A DNA stretch of 64,000 nt, from positions 29,533 through 93,532 of the IMG/VR virus record IMGVR_UViG_3300044712_000340. One strand, written 5' to 3'. The stretch is from a virus. This document shows, piece by piece, positions 49,947 to 60,653 of this stretch (positions within the stretch are counted from its first letter, which is position 1; each line of letters starts with the position of its first letter). The notes beneath the pieces were generated by a model that was not told the DNA's origin, searched no databases, and saw only the letters and a list, made by a program, of their open reading frames with translations. Both the position numbers and the translations under genes were made by a program.

Positions 49947-51292
49947 TTTTTCAGTTTTAATCTATCACTAAAAATATATTTTCCTTCTTTAAATTTAAAA
50001 GAAGTTTCGCCTTGTTCTACAGTATTTTGTTTACCTGATTTAGATTTACCTAAAGGTATTCCTCCTAATGGATTTTGATTGTGTGTTCCACCAGAATTAT
50101 AATTAACTAATCCATTATATTGTGTATTTAAAGGATTTGCGAAACCTCCTTTAGCTAATTGTACTTGTTTCATGTAAGGATTAGAAGGTTTAGCTATATT
50201 TCTAGTTGTTAAATATCCTCCATTAGCTTTTTTATTTATACCAACATTCTCTATTATAGCTTGATAATCTTTAGGTAACTTGTTTCTAAATTTAGGATGA
50301 GTAGGTAAGTTAGCTAAATCACTGTATCTTATAGAAGTTACTTCGCCTAGTTTTTCAGCTTCTGCCATTGCAGAACTATAACTACCTCCATATTTACTAC
50401 CACCATAATGTCCAAATACAATTTGATTAGCTTCATCTACTCTACCTGAATCTACTAGTTGTTTATATCTACTAACAGAGGCAGGATTAGGATACCATTG
50501 CATTTCATTATCTTCCTTGTTTTCTTCTCCTTTAGGTAATCCTTTGGCATTACCTGTAACATTAGGTTTTGTTTTTTGAGAATCATAAATAGCTCTCAAT
50601 TTATTTTGAAACTTTACATCATTTATATCTCCTTTTTGAGATATTACAAAATCCATAAAATCTTTATCTTCTTTTGATTGTTGACTCAAACCATATTTAG
50701 GTTGCTTAGGATTCTTAGGTTTAGGCTCTGGTTCAATTCTTAAACCATTTTTAGCTACTACAGAAAATGAGTTATTCTCATTATCTGTATAACCTCCATC
50801 CTCGTGTTTCCACTTACGTGCATTCAAAGCAAACTGTTTTTTCTTTCTTAACGCCTCACTATCATTTTCATGTACCTGTAATTTTGATACTGGTATTTTA
50901 TCTCCTTGTTTAACACCAAGTGCTGTATGTAATGAACCTATCTTAGAAGGTTTAATATGTATACCAGATTTAGCTAATAATTGAGAAGTAAGATACCCTC
51001 CCGTAGCAAAAGGAGATACAGCTAGCCCTGCTCCTGATTTAGGTAAAGAATTCATTTTCATTTGCATATCATTTAATCTTTGTTGATTATCTTGTTCTTC
51101 CTGTAACTTCTTTTGTTTAGCGTTTCCTGCCATACCTCCAATAATATTCAATCCAGTACCTATTAATTGTGCTCCGGGTATTGGTAATACACTAGCTACA
51201 GATCCTAGACCTTGAAGTATTCCTCCAAAATTATAGTTTATATTTTGTTGACTTTGTTCAAGTCTTCCCCATTTTTTAATAGTATGTTTCAT
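49943..51292 (-). CDS. virion cargo protein (cargo protein 1-like, proximal part)
   Basis: Follows muzzle gene; IHIKPS, FALNARKWKHEDGG, GGTHNQNPLGG...VEQGE...YIFSDRL. Confidence 0.6.
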   Translation of the reverse strand: MKHTIKKWGRLEQSQQNINYNFGGILQGLGSVASVLPIPGAQLIGTGLNIIGGMAGNAKQKKLQEEQDNQQRLNDMQMKMNSLPKSGAGLAVSPFATGGYLTSQLLAKSGIHIKPSKIGSLHTALGVKQGDKIPVSKLQVHENDSEALRKKKQFALNARKWKHEDGGYTDNENNSFSVVAKNGLRIEPEPKPKNPKQPKYGLSQQSKEDKDFMDFVISQKGDINDVKFQNKLRAIYDSQKTKPNVTGNAKGLPKGEENKEDNEMQWYPNPASVSRYKQLVDSGRVDEANQIVFGHYGGSKYGGSYSSAMAEAEKLGEVTSIRYSDLANLPTHPKFRNKLPKDYQAIIENVGINKKANGGYLTTRNIAKPSNPYMKQVQLAKGGFANPLNTQYNGLVNYNSGGTHNQNPLGGIPLGKSKSGKQNTVEQGETSFKFKEGKYIFSDRLKLKK

Positions 51293-54200
51293 CCTTTTAT
51301 ATTATACATTATAACCATATCATCTAAGGCGAAATCTCCTGTATTTTGTAATTCAACTATAATATATATACCTCTCCATCTTTCTCTAGTATTATATACT
51401 CTAGGTAAATGTATTCTATGTATATCAAATTTAGTTTTTATATCAGGAGTAGTTCCAACATTATCTGTATTTCTATCACTAGTTACCTGAATATTTGTAA
51501 AATTAGTACCTTTGAGTCTATATTCCAAATTATGAAATACTTTTTCATAAGTAGAATCAGGGCATAGTAAATAAGTTATCTTAGAACTCTTTACTGTTCC
51601 TGTAAGTAAACTATATAATGATGTATCTTCTGTGTCTTCATATAATTGATATAACTTACCAGCATTAGATATTACCCAAGAGTTATCTCCTATAAAATTA
51701 TGCTTAGATGTAAATTTCTGTAATAATATATCATACACTAAAGTAAATCCATTATAATGGAAATATATCTGGTCTAGCTTATTATGGTAAGTTGCTACTA
51801 AAGGGCCAGAAGTATAAGAATCTAATAATGCTTTAATAGTTCTTATTGTGCTTATTTTGCCTTCTTGTAGTGTATTGATTGTATTATTTAAATCATCATA
51901 ATAATATAGAATCTTTCCATCATCTACTACTGTAAATTTTCTATTTGTTCCTGTAGTAGTTGTTAAATATCTATGGTCATATAACAATGCCCCAATACCT
52001 AAACTAACTTGGTAACCATCAGAACCTGTTGTTTGTATCCTAGGTTCTACGGCAATTACAGATATTCCAGTAGATTGAATAGATACTAAATCCCCATTTA
52101 AGTTATGAAGTTTAGTTATATTTCCATATTGTCCTTCTAATAGTTTAGTATTATTAGGTTCATATATTAACCAACTATCTATTACTTCATTAGGATTTTT
52201 AGCATTACTACCTATTATAGATACTGGAAATTTAGTATTATTAGTTATATTAAAAGGCATTGAATATCCTTTAAATACATTAGGTACTTGATTGTACGCT
52301 CCCAACAATTTATGATTGTCTGCTATCCTATAGTAATTGTAATTTGTACTAGAAGGTAGATATCCTTTCCAATCATTCATTAAATCTTTTCTAGCAAATA
52401 CATTATGATTGTTTTCTATATAAGGTAAATTAATATACTCATATATATTTAATACTCCTTGGTTTTTACTATCATTTCCTTCTGCTCTGTTAATACTTAA
52501 AGGTGCTACCCATATATCACCTATATATTGTTCACTCCAGGAATTACTGACAGAAGTCATGCTACCTAATAATAAATATTCATTTCTTTGTTTGTCTTCA
52601 TACGAGGCGCCTCCGTATTGATTAGTTACAGTTCTTAATAATTCTACTAAAGGTATAGCTCTCTTATAAGATGTAGATGCTCTTACATTGAATGTATCAA
52701 ATAAATCATAAGGATTTGTAGTCTTGTGCCAATTTGTATCTATTATATTTAATACAATAGAATTAGAAAATACAGAATTGTAAGCTAAAGGTAGAGCAGA
52801 TCCACTAGCATCTACTATGTTATTTATAGAGCATGCATTTGAAGCTGTAGCTCCTGCATCTATAACTTTAGTTTCTCCTGTACGTAAAAATTCTGCTGAC
52901 TCTAAGTCTCTAGTTAATACATCATTCCTTTTAGCAGTAGCAGTATAATTTTTAGTAGCAACATATTCAAATACCTCTAGTTTTCCTGGATTGGTAACTA
53001 TTGTAGGTTGTTGCATTACACAATTATAAGGATATCCTGAACCTAATACATTTATAGGCCAATTAGTTTGATATCCTACTAATTCTGTTTGAGATTTTAT
53101 TAAATTATCTTCATAGTGTTTTAATACTCTATTACCAGAAGCAGCAAGTTCTGTTGTGACTGCACTACCTAATATTCGTATTTTATCAGGCAAAGGCATA
53201 TTAGTTTCAAAAGCAGTATCACTGGAATAAAAGAATACTATCCCATCTTCTCTTACAGGTTTTTGATCTGTAGAAGGATTAGCAACTCTAAAGTCTACTG
53301 GATATGTTAAGTAGGTTGATGCATAATCATTCTCTATATTTCCACCAGCCCCGTCTGTTAAAGTAACATCTGAAGGTAATATATCTTTGGCTACATAGTA
53401 AGGATGATAGTAAGGTGTTAGCCTTGTACTACCTTTCATATACTTTACAGAAGGGACTATAAATCCCTGAGAAAGTACGGTTCTATCCTCTGGTTTTCTT
53501 TCTACTACGCACATTTGATAGGACACTATACCAGCGGCTTGAAACCTGGTTATACCTGCTGTAGTAATTCTAATAGCTATACCTAAAGATACATTTAGTA
53601 TAGAAGCTTCAGGTATTTTAATATCTGCCACCCATTTAATAGGACTTCCTTGCCCATATTTATTAAATAGCTTTACCCCTATCCTGTAGATTTCTCCTTG
53701 TTTAAATGATTTATTAGGTATAATGCCGTCTGCTAAAGGGCTAGAACTTATTATATAAGTATCAATATTATAACCACTTGTACCATAATATGTATTTTGA
53801 TTATACATATATTTATTAGTATCGTAGTCAGGGTTTATACAATCGTGTGTTCTTGTTAAACTATTTAGTTGAGCTTGTGTATAAGTAACAGGGCTGCCTC
53901 CAACTTCTTTTAGAGTTGTTGTTAAACTAATAGCAGGATAAGCAAATGATCTACAATCTACATCAGGATTGAATTCTGTAGCTTCATAATTAGCTAGAAA
54001 TAACCTATCTCTTTTAATAGATAGAGTATTAGGTATTATAGGTGTATAATTTATATTTAATAGCTCTGATAAAGATAATTCAGCAATAAAACTATTTCCA
54101 TCATCATATAAAGTTATACTAGTTTGACTTTGAATATATTCATCATATATTAGAGATATTTTAGGACTTTGATTTAATTCTTGGTAATGTATAGAATACA

Positions 54201-54927
54201 CTTTTATAGCATCAAAAGTTGTATCTACAGAATCTAATACAATTTTAGTTTTTAACCCTGTAACTTCTTGACTATCATACCCTTTAAAATAATTAGATAT
54301 AGATACTAGTTTGGATGCAGGACTTAAATTAGATTGTGATCCATTTAAATGATACATACAATAAACATACTGTATTGTACCTGCTATAAGACTACCCCCA
54401 GGCTCTATTGTTACTGTAGGAGTGTATAAATTAGCACTATCTAAATTATTTAAAGAATCAACATCTACTGCTGTAGATATTACATTTGCTACATTTAAAG
54501 ATCTTAATGGGTGTATTCCATCTACCCAATATAGTTTAATTATGTTATCTGATTCATAGTTTGCTACTGCATCTATTCTATGTGTATGTTCTATGTCCCA
54601 GAAACCAAAAGCTATCTTAACTATATTATTATTTTCATCTATTCTATATATAGCAGAATCAGATGTTGCTGTAACTTCTGTAGCAACAAACACATAGATA
54701 TACTTTCTAAATACACAGAATCCTACTATATGTACTCTATCTTGATTAGTACCTAATTTAGCAAAATCTAATATTTTAGTTTCACCCTTTATAGGAGTAA
54801 TAGATAGACTTCTACCATTATTTACAATTTGTATATTTTCAGCGTCCCAATAAACATCTGTTTTACGTTTATCAGGTGCTGTATCTGTATCTAACCCTAG
54901 ACCTATATATTTTTCTTTTCTTACCAT
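51289..54927 (-). CDS. tail stabilisation / muzzle protein
   Basis: 1212 aa, beta-rich; YESDNIIKLYWVDG, FKQGEIYRIG, NQYGG, IDSW, GQYGNITKL; position matches crAss block. Confidence 0.8.
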   Translation of the reverse strand: MVRKEKYIGLGLDTDTAPDKRKTDVYWDAENIQIVNNGRSLSITPIKGETKILDFAKLGTNQDRVHIVGFCVFRKYIYVFVATEVTATSDSAIYRIDENNNIVKIAFGFWDIEHTHRIDAVANYESDNIIKLYWVDGIHPLRSLNVANVISTAVDVDSLNNLDSANLYTPTVTIEPGGSLIAGTIQYVYCMYHLNGSQSNLSPASKLVSISNYFKGYDSQEVTGLKTKIVLDSVDTTFDAIKVYSIHYQELNQSPKISLIYDEYIQSQTSITLYDDGNSFIAELSLSELLNINYTPIIPNTLSIKRDRLFLANYEATEFNPDVDCRSFAYPAISLTTTLKEVGGSPVTYTQAQLNSLTRTHDCINPDYDTNKYMYNQNTYYGTSGYNIDTYIISSSPLADGIIPNKSFKQGEIYRIGVKLFNKYGQGSPIKWVADIKIPEASILNVSLGIAIRITTAGITRFQAAGIVSYQMCVVERKPEDRTVLSQGFIVPSVKYMKGSTRLTPYYHPYYVAKDILPSDVTLTDGAGGNIENDYASTYLTYPVDFRVANPSTDQKPVREDGIVFFYSSDTAFETNMPLPDKIRILGSAVTTELAASGNRVLKHYEDNLIKSQTELVGYQTNWPINVLGSGYPYNCVMQQPTIVTNPGKLEVFEYVATKNYTATAKRNDVLTRDLESAEFLRTGETKVIDAGATASNACSINNIVDASGSALPLAYNSVFSNSIVLNIIDTNWHKTTNPYDLFDTFNVRASTSYKRAIPLVELLRTVTNQYGGASYEDKQRNEYLLLGSMTSVSNSWSEQYIGDIWVAPLSINRAEGNDSKNQGVLNIYEYINLPYIENNHNVFARKDLMNDWKGYLPSSTNYNYYRIADNHKLLGAYNQVPNVFKGYSMPFNITNNTKFPVSIIGSNAKNPNEVIDSWLIYEPNNTKLLEGQYGNITKLHNLNGDLVSIQSTGISVIAVEPRIQTTGSDGYQVSLGIGALLYDHRYLTTTTGTNRKFTVVDDGKILYYYDDLNNTINTLQEGKISTIRTIKALLDSYTSGPLVATYHNKLDQIYFHYNGFTLVYDILLQKFTSKHNFIGDNSWVISNAGKLYQLYEDTEDTSLYSLLTGTVKSSKITYLLCPDSTYEKVFHNLEYRLKGTNFTNIQVTSDRNTDNVGTTPDIKTKFDIHRIHLPRVYNTRERWRGIYIIVELQNTGDFALDDMVIMYNIKG

Positions 54928-55625
54928 ATTTTTCTATTCATTCTTTCAGGTTGTCCTGAATATTTATCATCTGTATAGAAATTTTCTTTTATAGGAACTA
55001 ATCTAACTAACATATCCCCAAGAGCTTTTGCTTCTACTGGATCTAGCGTTAATAAACTAGTAGTAGCTTGGGCTAAATACCAACAATACTGTTGTTCTGC
55101 TCTTTGATACGCTCTTTCAAAATTAGCATTTTGATCTGCCAAACTTCCATAATGTCTTGACTTTATATAGTTTTCTATAGCTAGATATAGAGATTCATTT
55201 CTAGGTATTAAAGGCCAACCTTTTTCATCTGTTAGATATGCCCAATATACTAATTCAATAGTACCTTCTCTAAAATCAGTGTATATAAATTGATTGACTA
55301 TCTTATGAGAAAATGTTGTATCTATAAATGTATTAGCATCATATTCTTTGTTAAACTCTCCATAAGAATCTGTCATATGTGTAAGAGCGATTCTAGTGTC
55401 TCCTGAGACTACTCTAACAGTTAATCTTGATTTAAAATCATCGGGTAATTCTGCTCTATAATCATTTATTTGTAATTGTATAGTTTTCTTTTCTTGAAGT
55501 CCTGGAACCCCTATAAGTTCTAAAACAGTCTTTACATGAGTGATTATATCGCTCTGTCTAACATGTCTCAAAAGAGGAAGTTCTAGTAACCTGTACATTA
55601 TTTCACCTACTGACATTGTACTCAT
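54921..55625 (-). CDS. tail ring (tubular) protein
   Basis: YRAELPDDF, TDEKGWPLIP, QQYCWY; directly upstream of muzzle. Confidence 0.7.
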   Translation of the reverse strand: MSTMSVGEIMYRLLELPLLRHVRQSDIITHVKTVLELIGVPGLQEKKTIQLQINDYRAELPDDFKSRLTVRVVSGDTRIALTHMTDSYGEFNKEYDANTFIDTTFSHKIVNQFIYTDFREGTIELVYWAYLTDEKGWPLIPRNESLYLAIENYIKSRHYGSLADQNANFERAYQRAEQQYCWYLAQATTSLLTLDPVEAKALGDMLVRLVPIKENFYTDDKYSGQPERMNRKIW

Positions 55626-56137
55626 GTTACATACGCATTTAAAGGTTTTATATTACTTTTTATCACAGAAGCTATAGTTCTTTTTAATTCTCTTGAGGTA
55701 ATAAAAGAATAATAACTTCTGTTTACAAATCTAAATTTTCTTTTATCCCATTTTATCTTATAAGTATATCCATATGTATGTTCGTTTAGATATACTACTT
55801 TTTTTGTTTTATCTCCTGTTATGCTTCTTACTTTTTTAGTTTCATACCAATTAGTAGGATTCTTACTTATTAATTTACCATTAGAATCTGTCTCTAGTTT
55901 GTATTTATACTTAATAATATAAAACATTCCAAGACCAGGAAATTCAAACCTAAACATTTCATTTATTACTTTTCTAACTATTATAGCAAAGAAAGTTTTT
56001 AATATTTTAGTATGCAGTGCTTGATTTACTTCTGTATTAGGGAACCTTCTTATATAATTCCTATAATACATACTGTTATTATAATCTATTCTATTTTTGT
56101 GTTTTCGTTGTATTTCCTGTTGACTGCAATTGCTCAT
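55622..56137 (-). CDS. IHF/HU-like basic DNA-binding protein of the crAss tail block
   Basis: FEFPGLGMFYI, NWYET, NEHTYGY; start uncertain (track gives 56161). Confidence 0.65.
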   Translation of the reverse strand: MSNCSQQEIQRKHKNRIDYNNSMYYRNYIRRFPNTEVNQALHTKILKTFFAIIVRKVINEMFRFEFPGLGMFYIIKYKYKLETDSNGKLISKNPTNWYETKKVRSITGDKTKKVVYLNEHTYGYTYKIKWDKRKFRFVNRSYYSFITSRELKRTIASVIKSNIKPLNAYVT

Positions 56138-56780
56138 CTCTCTTATCATTAAGTAAATCAACTGGTACTGACATCTCTCTAATTACATATTGTATAACCA
56201 TATCTTTTACATTGCCCCATAAATTAGTAGTAATAGGGTATCTTTCTAGTTCTACTATATCTTTATGAACCTTTAATTCATCTTCTGGTTCTTCTAGTAT
56301 AGCTGTAACAGTTAATCTAGTTAGGTTTTTATATTGTGTATTTTTACTTACAACATAAATATATTCATTATCATCTCTAAACCCGTATATAAAACTCACA
56401 GGGGCATATAGGAAATTTGCTGCCCTACTTTTATGTACCATTTCAATCTCAGAGCCTAATAAAGAATCTAATCTAACTTCATACTCTTTATACATTTGCT
56501 GTCCTACTATATTAGGTAATTTATCAGTAGTTCTTAATACAGTAAATCCTGAAGTACTGTATTCAGGGAATCTATTATCAGGTACTAATTCTAAAGGCAT
56601 GTACAGAGTCTGGGTCAACATATCTCTATGTTCTCCAGGATTATTAATTATATGTTGTCTTATGACAATAGATCTATATATTCTCATTAAGAACTGAATT
56701 TGTCTATCAGTCATGTCAGAGTCTATATTTAGGATTTTTAGTCCTTCTCTTATATCGTATATAGCTTCTTTGAGTGTCAT
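56091..56780 (-). CDS. tail ring protein
   Basis: MTLKEAIYDI..DSDMTDRQI...AILEEP...YPI...DLLND. Confidence 0.65.
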   Translation of the reverse strand: MTLKEAIYDIREGLKILNIDSDMTDRQIQFLMRIYRSIVIRQHIINNPGEHRDMLTQTLYMPLELVPDNRFPEYSTSGFTVLRTTDKLPNIVGQQMYKEYEVRLDSLLGSEIEMVHKSRAANFLYAPVSFIYGFRDDNEYIYVVSKNTQYKNLTRLTVTAILEEPEDELKVHKDIVELERYPITTNLWGNVKDMVIQYVIREMSVPVDLLNDKRDEQLQSTGNTTKTQK

Positions 56781-57229
56781 AATTTAACTGTATTTAGACT
56801 TGGTAAGTATACTAACAATGCCTCTGAATCTGGAAAATACTTTATAGTATGCTTATGAGCTTTATTTACAAAGTAAGATTCTTTTGGATAAAATAGTATG
56901 TTTGTTTCTAAATCAAGTACTTTACCTTTTAATACACACACTGTTTGAGATTGCCCCTCATGCTCGTGTAACTCAAAATTTACCTCTTTTGTAGTTATTA
57001 CATGAAGTATTGTTACACCTAATACATGTTGTTCTGGACTTGTAACATTTCTAATAAGCATACCTTCTATATATTCCACAAATCCATCTTTATCTGATCC
57101 ATTAAAATCAAGTATCTTATGATTTCTAGACACTACAAGATGTTTCATATCTTGTATAATCTTGTTTTTATCTAATAAATGTTGTCTTACTTCATCTAAA
57201 ACATTAGAAGCAAATTTTGTTTGTGTCAT
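56777..57229 (-). CDS. cupin-fold protein
   Basis: HEHEGQSQTVCVLKG...HKHTI metal-binding motifs. Confidence 0.55.
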   Translation of the reverse strand: MTQTKFASNVLDEVRQHLLDKNKIIQDMKHLVVSRNHKILDFNGSDKDGFVEYIEGMLIRNVTSPEQHVLGVTILHVITTKEVNFELHEHEGQSQTVCVLKGKVLDLETNILFYPKESYFVNKAHKHTIKYFPDSEALLVYLPSLNTVKL

Positions 57230-57594
57230 TTTCCTGATATTTTTAATATTATATCCACTTTAACTAATAACTGTTGTAGTAATTCATTATTTATATTTAG
57301 TCTTGAGGAGTATTCCTTGTCACTATCTATAAACTTTTCCAGAGTGTTCTTAAATTCAGCTATAAGTTTTGCATCCGAAGTTCTAACATCAACAAGTAGA
57401 TTGTGCTGCTCTTGTATTCTTTTGTCTTTTTCTTCTACACTCCTCTTATATTCTGCAATAACTTTACTAAAATAGGAATATATGAAATATATTCCAGATA
57501 ATAAAACTACTAAAAGTATAACAAGTATAGGATTGGCTATTTTTTCAAAAGCACTATAGCTGTTTCTAAGTAATTGATCTTGCAATAATATCAT
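57226..57594 (-). CDS. membrane protein with coiled coil (holin-like)
   Basis: One TM segment PILVILLVVLLSGIYFIYSYF, then coiled coil. Confidence 0.45.
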   Translation of the reverse strand: MILLQDQLLRNSYSAFEKIANPILVILLVVLLSGIYFIYSYFSKVIAEYKRSVEEKDKRIQEQHNLLVDVRTSDAKLIAEFKNTLEKFIDSDKEYSSRLNINNELLQQLLVKVDIILKISGK

Positions 57595-57626
57595 TGTTAA
57601 TTTTATATTTAGTTAAACTTTTGATT

Positions 57627-60044
57627 TTAATTAGTACCTGTTATCTCTATATCCATTGGATATACTTGTGTCACTCCGTCTAAGACTGCCCTATAAGCTA
57701 AAGGGATATCTGTATTATTGCTTAATCCTATAGCACTTATTGAATAACCTCCTGAAACATAAGCTTTTAAGTACAATACTTCTCCTACTGTCAATGCTAT
57801 TGGTGTATCCATTACTACACCCCAATTCATACCATTTCCGTCTGTAATTGTAAAGGACTTGGATCCTAATAATACATTGCTTTGATTGTATATTTCATAA
57901 ACACAAGTTCTTCCAACATTACCAGAACCAAATGAGAAAAAAGCATTAACTGTTCTTAGATCTAAAGCATTCACATCATTTTGGAAATATTGCACACAAT
58001 TAGTACCACTCGGATAAGCTACTTTAGTATCTCCTGGTCTAGCTATTGTAACTATACCCCCAGAAGCTATACCACTACCACTTAAATCACAAGTATCTGA
58101 AGCTGTACCGTTAATTACATCTACTGTATCTGTGTAAGATTGTATTGAAGTAGGACTAAATTTTACATATAAATTTACAGGGTTTGATAATTCTAAAGAA
58201 CTGTATACAAGTGAAGTAACATAAGTTCCAGACAAAGTTTTGCAGATAGTATAAGCCCCACTAGTACTTACTGTAGTATTACCAACAACATTAGTTCCAG
58301 TTAAAGTAAGTGATTGTGCACTAGATGTTGTATTGACTATAACATTTCCAAAATCTAAAGTATTTGGTGATAATGATACTATTGTATTTATACCTGTTAC
58401 AGTCAGTGGTATATATGTATTTGCAGGTATATTTCCTGGTACATTAGTTTCTGAAGCACTTAGGTAATTTGTGTACAATGTAGTTCCATTAGGTTCTGCC
58501 TGTACATATAAAGTTATATCTATATCTCCTGTAATACTAGGATTCAACTGCATAAAAGTTAAGAAAGTAGTACCTGGATCAGACATAGAAGTAGTAGAGA
58601 ATGTATTAATTCCTGCCAAACATTGTATTACACATAAAGTACCTTGATATAAGCCATGTCCTACAAGTCTTACAGTTCGTTCTACCTTACTCCCAATTAA
58701 AACAGAACCAAAGTCTATAGATGTTGGTATGAACTCTAGAGTAGATGTTATTAAATTTGCTTTTAAAAGTACTGTTTGAGTTGCTACGTTATTTGAAGAT
58801 ACGGTTATAGGTAATGATATATTTCCTATAGGTAATGTACAATTAAATAATATATCAGTATCTATATCTATTAATCCATTTGTAACAAGCATATTATATG
58901 ATGTAGCAGATGAATGTACTACATTATTTATATCTGTATAATTATATAGTATTGAATAACTATTACTTATATTAGGTACTGTTACTACCACATCTGAAAT
59001 TAGCTCCATTCCAAAAACATTAAAAGAAGGATAAGGATATGAGGTACTTTGACCCACATAAATATCCCCTAAGTCTATTTCTAAAGGAGTTACATCTAAT
59101 CTAATTTGTGTACCTGTTCCTGTTAAATTAACAGATATTGCTGTAATCTCATCATTTGCTATTGTTATATTACCTGAATAAAGAATGCTACCTACAGGAG
59201 TAAATACTACATAGACTGTAGTAGGTTGTATTTCATTATTTAAATCTGGAGATATAGTTATAGATGAAGTGTAATTACTTTGTGTCAATGATATAGTATA
59301 TCCTGTAGGTGCAGTTAAAGTCACATCTGTACTTAAATAAGTACCTGTTACAGCAAAACTTAGTGGTGCAGATTGTATATTAACTCTAGTTACTGGGAAA
59401 CTTAATATGTTAGGTGTAGCTGCCAATGTGCTCTCTATACCTGTACCAGTTAAATCTACGGCTATACTTAAATATCCTACAATGGATATTGTAATTTCAT
59501 CTATATCTGTTCCTATGTTTTGAGGAACATATTTCACATAAACAGTACTTATAGATAAGCTTCCATCTGAAGGTTTTGGTAAGTACAGTAGTTGTGTAGA
59601 AAAGTTTAATACTGGATCACTACTCAATAAGTACTCATTATTAGAACTTACTAGTACTTTATTGAAAGCTGCTGATGCTTCAAAAGTAAATGAAAGTATT
59701 TTCTCATTACCTACCCTTACTGTACCAAAGTCTAAACCTAATTGGTCTACTGATGTTGTAATAGTAGGTACTACAGGAGGTATGTCTATATTAGTTTGAG
59801 ATTCTGTAACAACTATAGGAACATTTATATCTTGAAAATGTTTTAGATACTTATATAAATCTCTATTTATGTTTTTATGAACAAAGTTTAAGTTTAGTAA
59901 ATAATATAGTATGTCAATCATTACCATATTCTTAGTATCTACTATACCTTTTAAATTTAAATCATTTATAAGTATATCACTAGAAATAGATATATAATTA
60001 TCTTCTCCAGCTAATAATTCATCTATTTTAGTTTGTAATAGCAT
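57627..60044 (-). CDS. structural protein with five Ig-like (ASH / choice-of-anchor-D-like) repeats
   Basis: LDFGTVRVG, LSFPVTRVN, IDLGDIYVG, IDFGSVLIG, LDFGNVIVN, each unit ending L.GTG-like. Confidence 0.65.
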   Translation of the reverse strand: MLLQTKIDELLAGEDNYISISSDILINDLNLKGIVDTKNMVMIDILYYLLNLNFVHKNINRDLYKYLKHFQDINVPIVVTESQTNIDIPPVVPTITTSVDQLGLDFGTVRVGNEKILSFTFEASAAFNKVLVSSNNEYLLSSDPVLNFSTQLLYLPKPSDGSLSISTVYVKYVPQNIGTDIDEITISIVGYLSIAVDLTGTGIESTLAATPNILSFPVTRVNIQSAPLSFAVTGTYLSTDVTLTAPTGYTISLTQSNYTSSITISPDLNNEIQPTTVYVVFTPVGSILYSGNITIANDEITAISVNLTGTGTQIRLDVTPLEIDLGDIYVGQSTSYPYPSFNVFGMELISDVVVTVPNISNSYSILYNYTDINNVVHSSATSYNMLVTNGLIDIDTDILFNCTLPIGNISLPITVSSNNVATQTVLLKANLITSTLEFIPTSIDFGSVLIGSKVERTVRLVGHGLYQGTLCVIQCLAGINTFSTTSMSDPGTTFLTFMQLNPSITGDIDITLYVQAEPNGTTLYTNYLSASETNVPGNIPANTYIPLTVTGINTIVSLSPNTLDFGNVIVNTTSSAQSLTLTGTNVVGNTTVSTSGAYTICKTLSGTYVTSLVYSSLELSNPVNLYVKFSPTSIQSYTDTVDVINGTASDTCDLSGSGIASGGIVTIARPGDTKVAYPSGTNCVQYFQNDVNALDLRTVNAFFSFGSGNVGRTCVYEIYNQSNVLLGSKSFTITDGNGMNWGVVMDTPIALTVGEVLYLKAYVSGGYSISAIGLSNNTDIPLAYRAVLDGVTQVYPMDIEITGTN

Positions 60045-60045
60045 A

Positions 60046-60621
60046 TTATTTTACTATATAATTTCCATTTATAATCCAAGCACCTGAACCTGCTGATATA
60101 TCAGTATCTATATCCATTAAATAAGTAGGATTTTGTTCTACCATAGCTAATACTCTTTCATAAGCATTTAAAGCTTGTTCTATCTTTTGAGGATTAGCAG
60201 ATAGATAAGTATCTATAGCTTTTAATAGAAAATATACTGTAGATATTTCATTAAACCCTTGTTGTACTTCTTTATTAACTATCATATTAGCTAATACTAA
60301 TTGTACATAATACATATTACTAAGTGCTTTATTAATATAACTATTATTACTAGCTACAGCATACATAGTTATAATTCCTTTTATTGTGTCTGTTCCTTCT
60401 GTAAATATATCAGAAACATCTATTGTAAGGTCTTCTACTTGTACATTAGTTAACATACCTGATAAATCTACATAAGATACTGGGTCTGTGTCTGCTTGTT
60501 GAAGGTATCCTCCATCTACAAATATATGAAGAGTTGTGAATGTGTTTCCTGTTCCAGCATCCATGTTTAGATGTATAGAAGTAAAATCACTACTAAGTTG
60601 ATAAGTATTAATTGTTATCAT
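60046..60621 (-). CDS. tail hub-like structural protein
   Basis: MITINTYQLSSD start; FLLKAID; position after the auxiliary capsid gene. Confidence 0.5.
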   Translation of the reverse strand: MITINTYQLSSDFTSIHLNMDAGTGNTFTTLHIFVDGGYLQQADTDPVSYVDLSGMLTNVQVEDLTIDVSDIFTEGTDTIKGIITMYAVASNNSYINKALSNMYYVQLVLANMIVNKEVQQGFNEISTVYFLLKAIDTYLSANPQKIEQALNAYERVLAMVEQNPTYLMDIDTDISAGSGAWIINGNYIVK

Positions 60622-60643
60622 AAATGCTTAAAATTTAACGATG

Positions 60644-60651
60644 TAAATATA
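60644..60651 (-). promoter_or_regulatory. possible -7 promoter box (one mismatch)
   Basis: TATATTTA on minus strand between the terminator and ATG 60621. Confidence 0.35.
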
Positions 60652-60653
60652 AT

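Noticed and set aside
28574-57475. Many + strand ORFs antisense to the large - strand genes (e.g. 32015, 35243, 37358, 44636, 47760)
   Set aside because: Ser/Leu/Phe-rich shadow frames fully inside real genes, with no motifs
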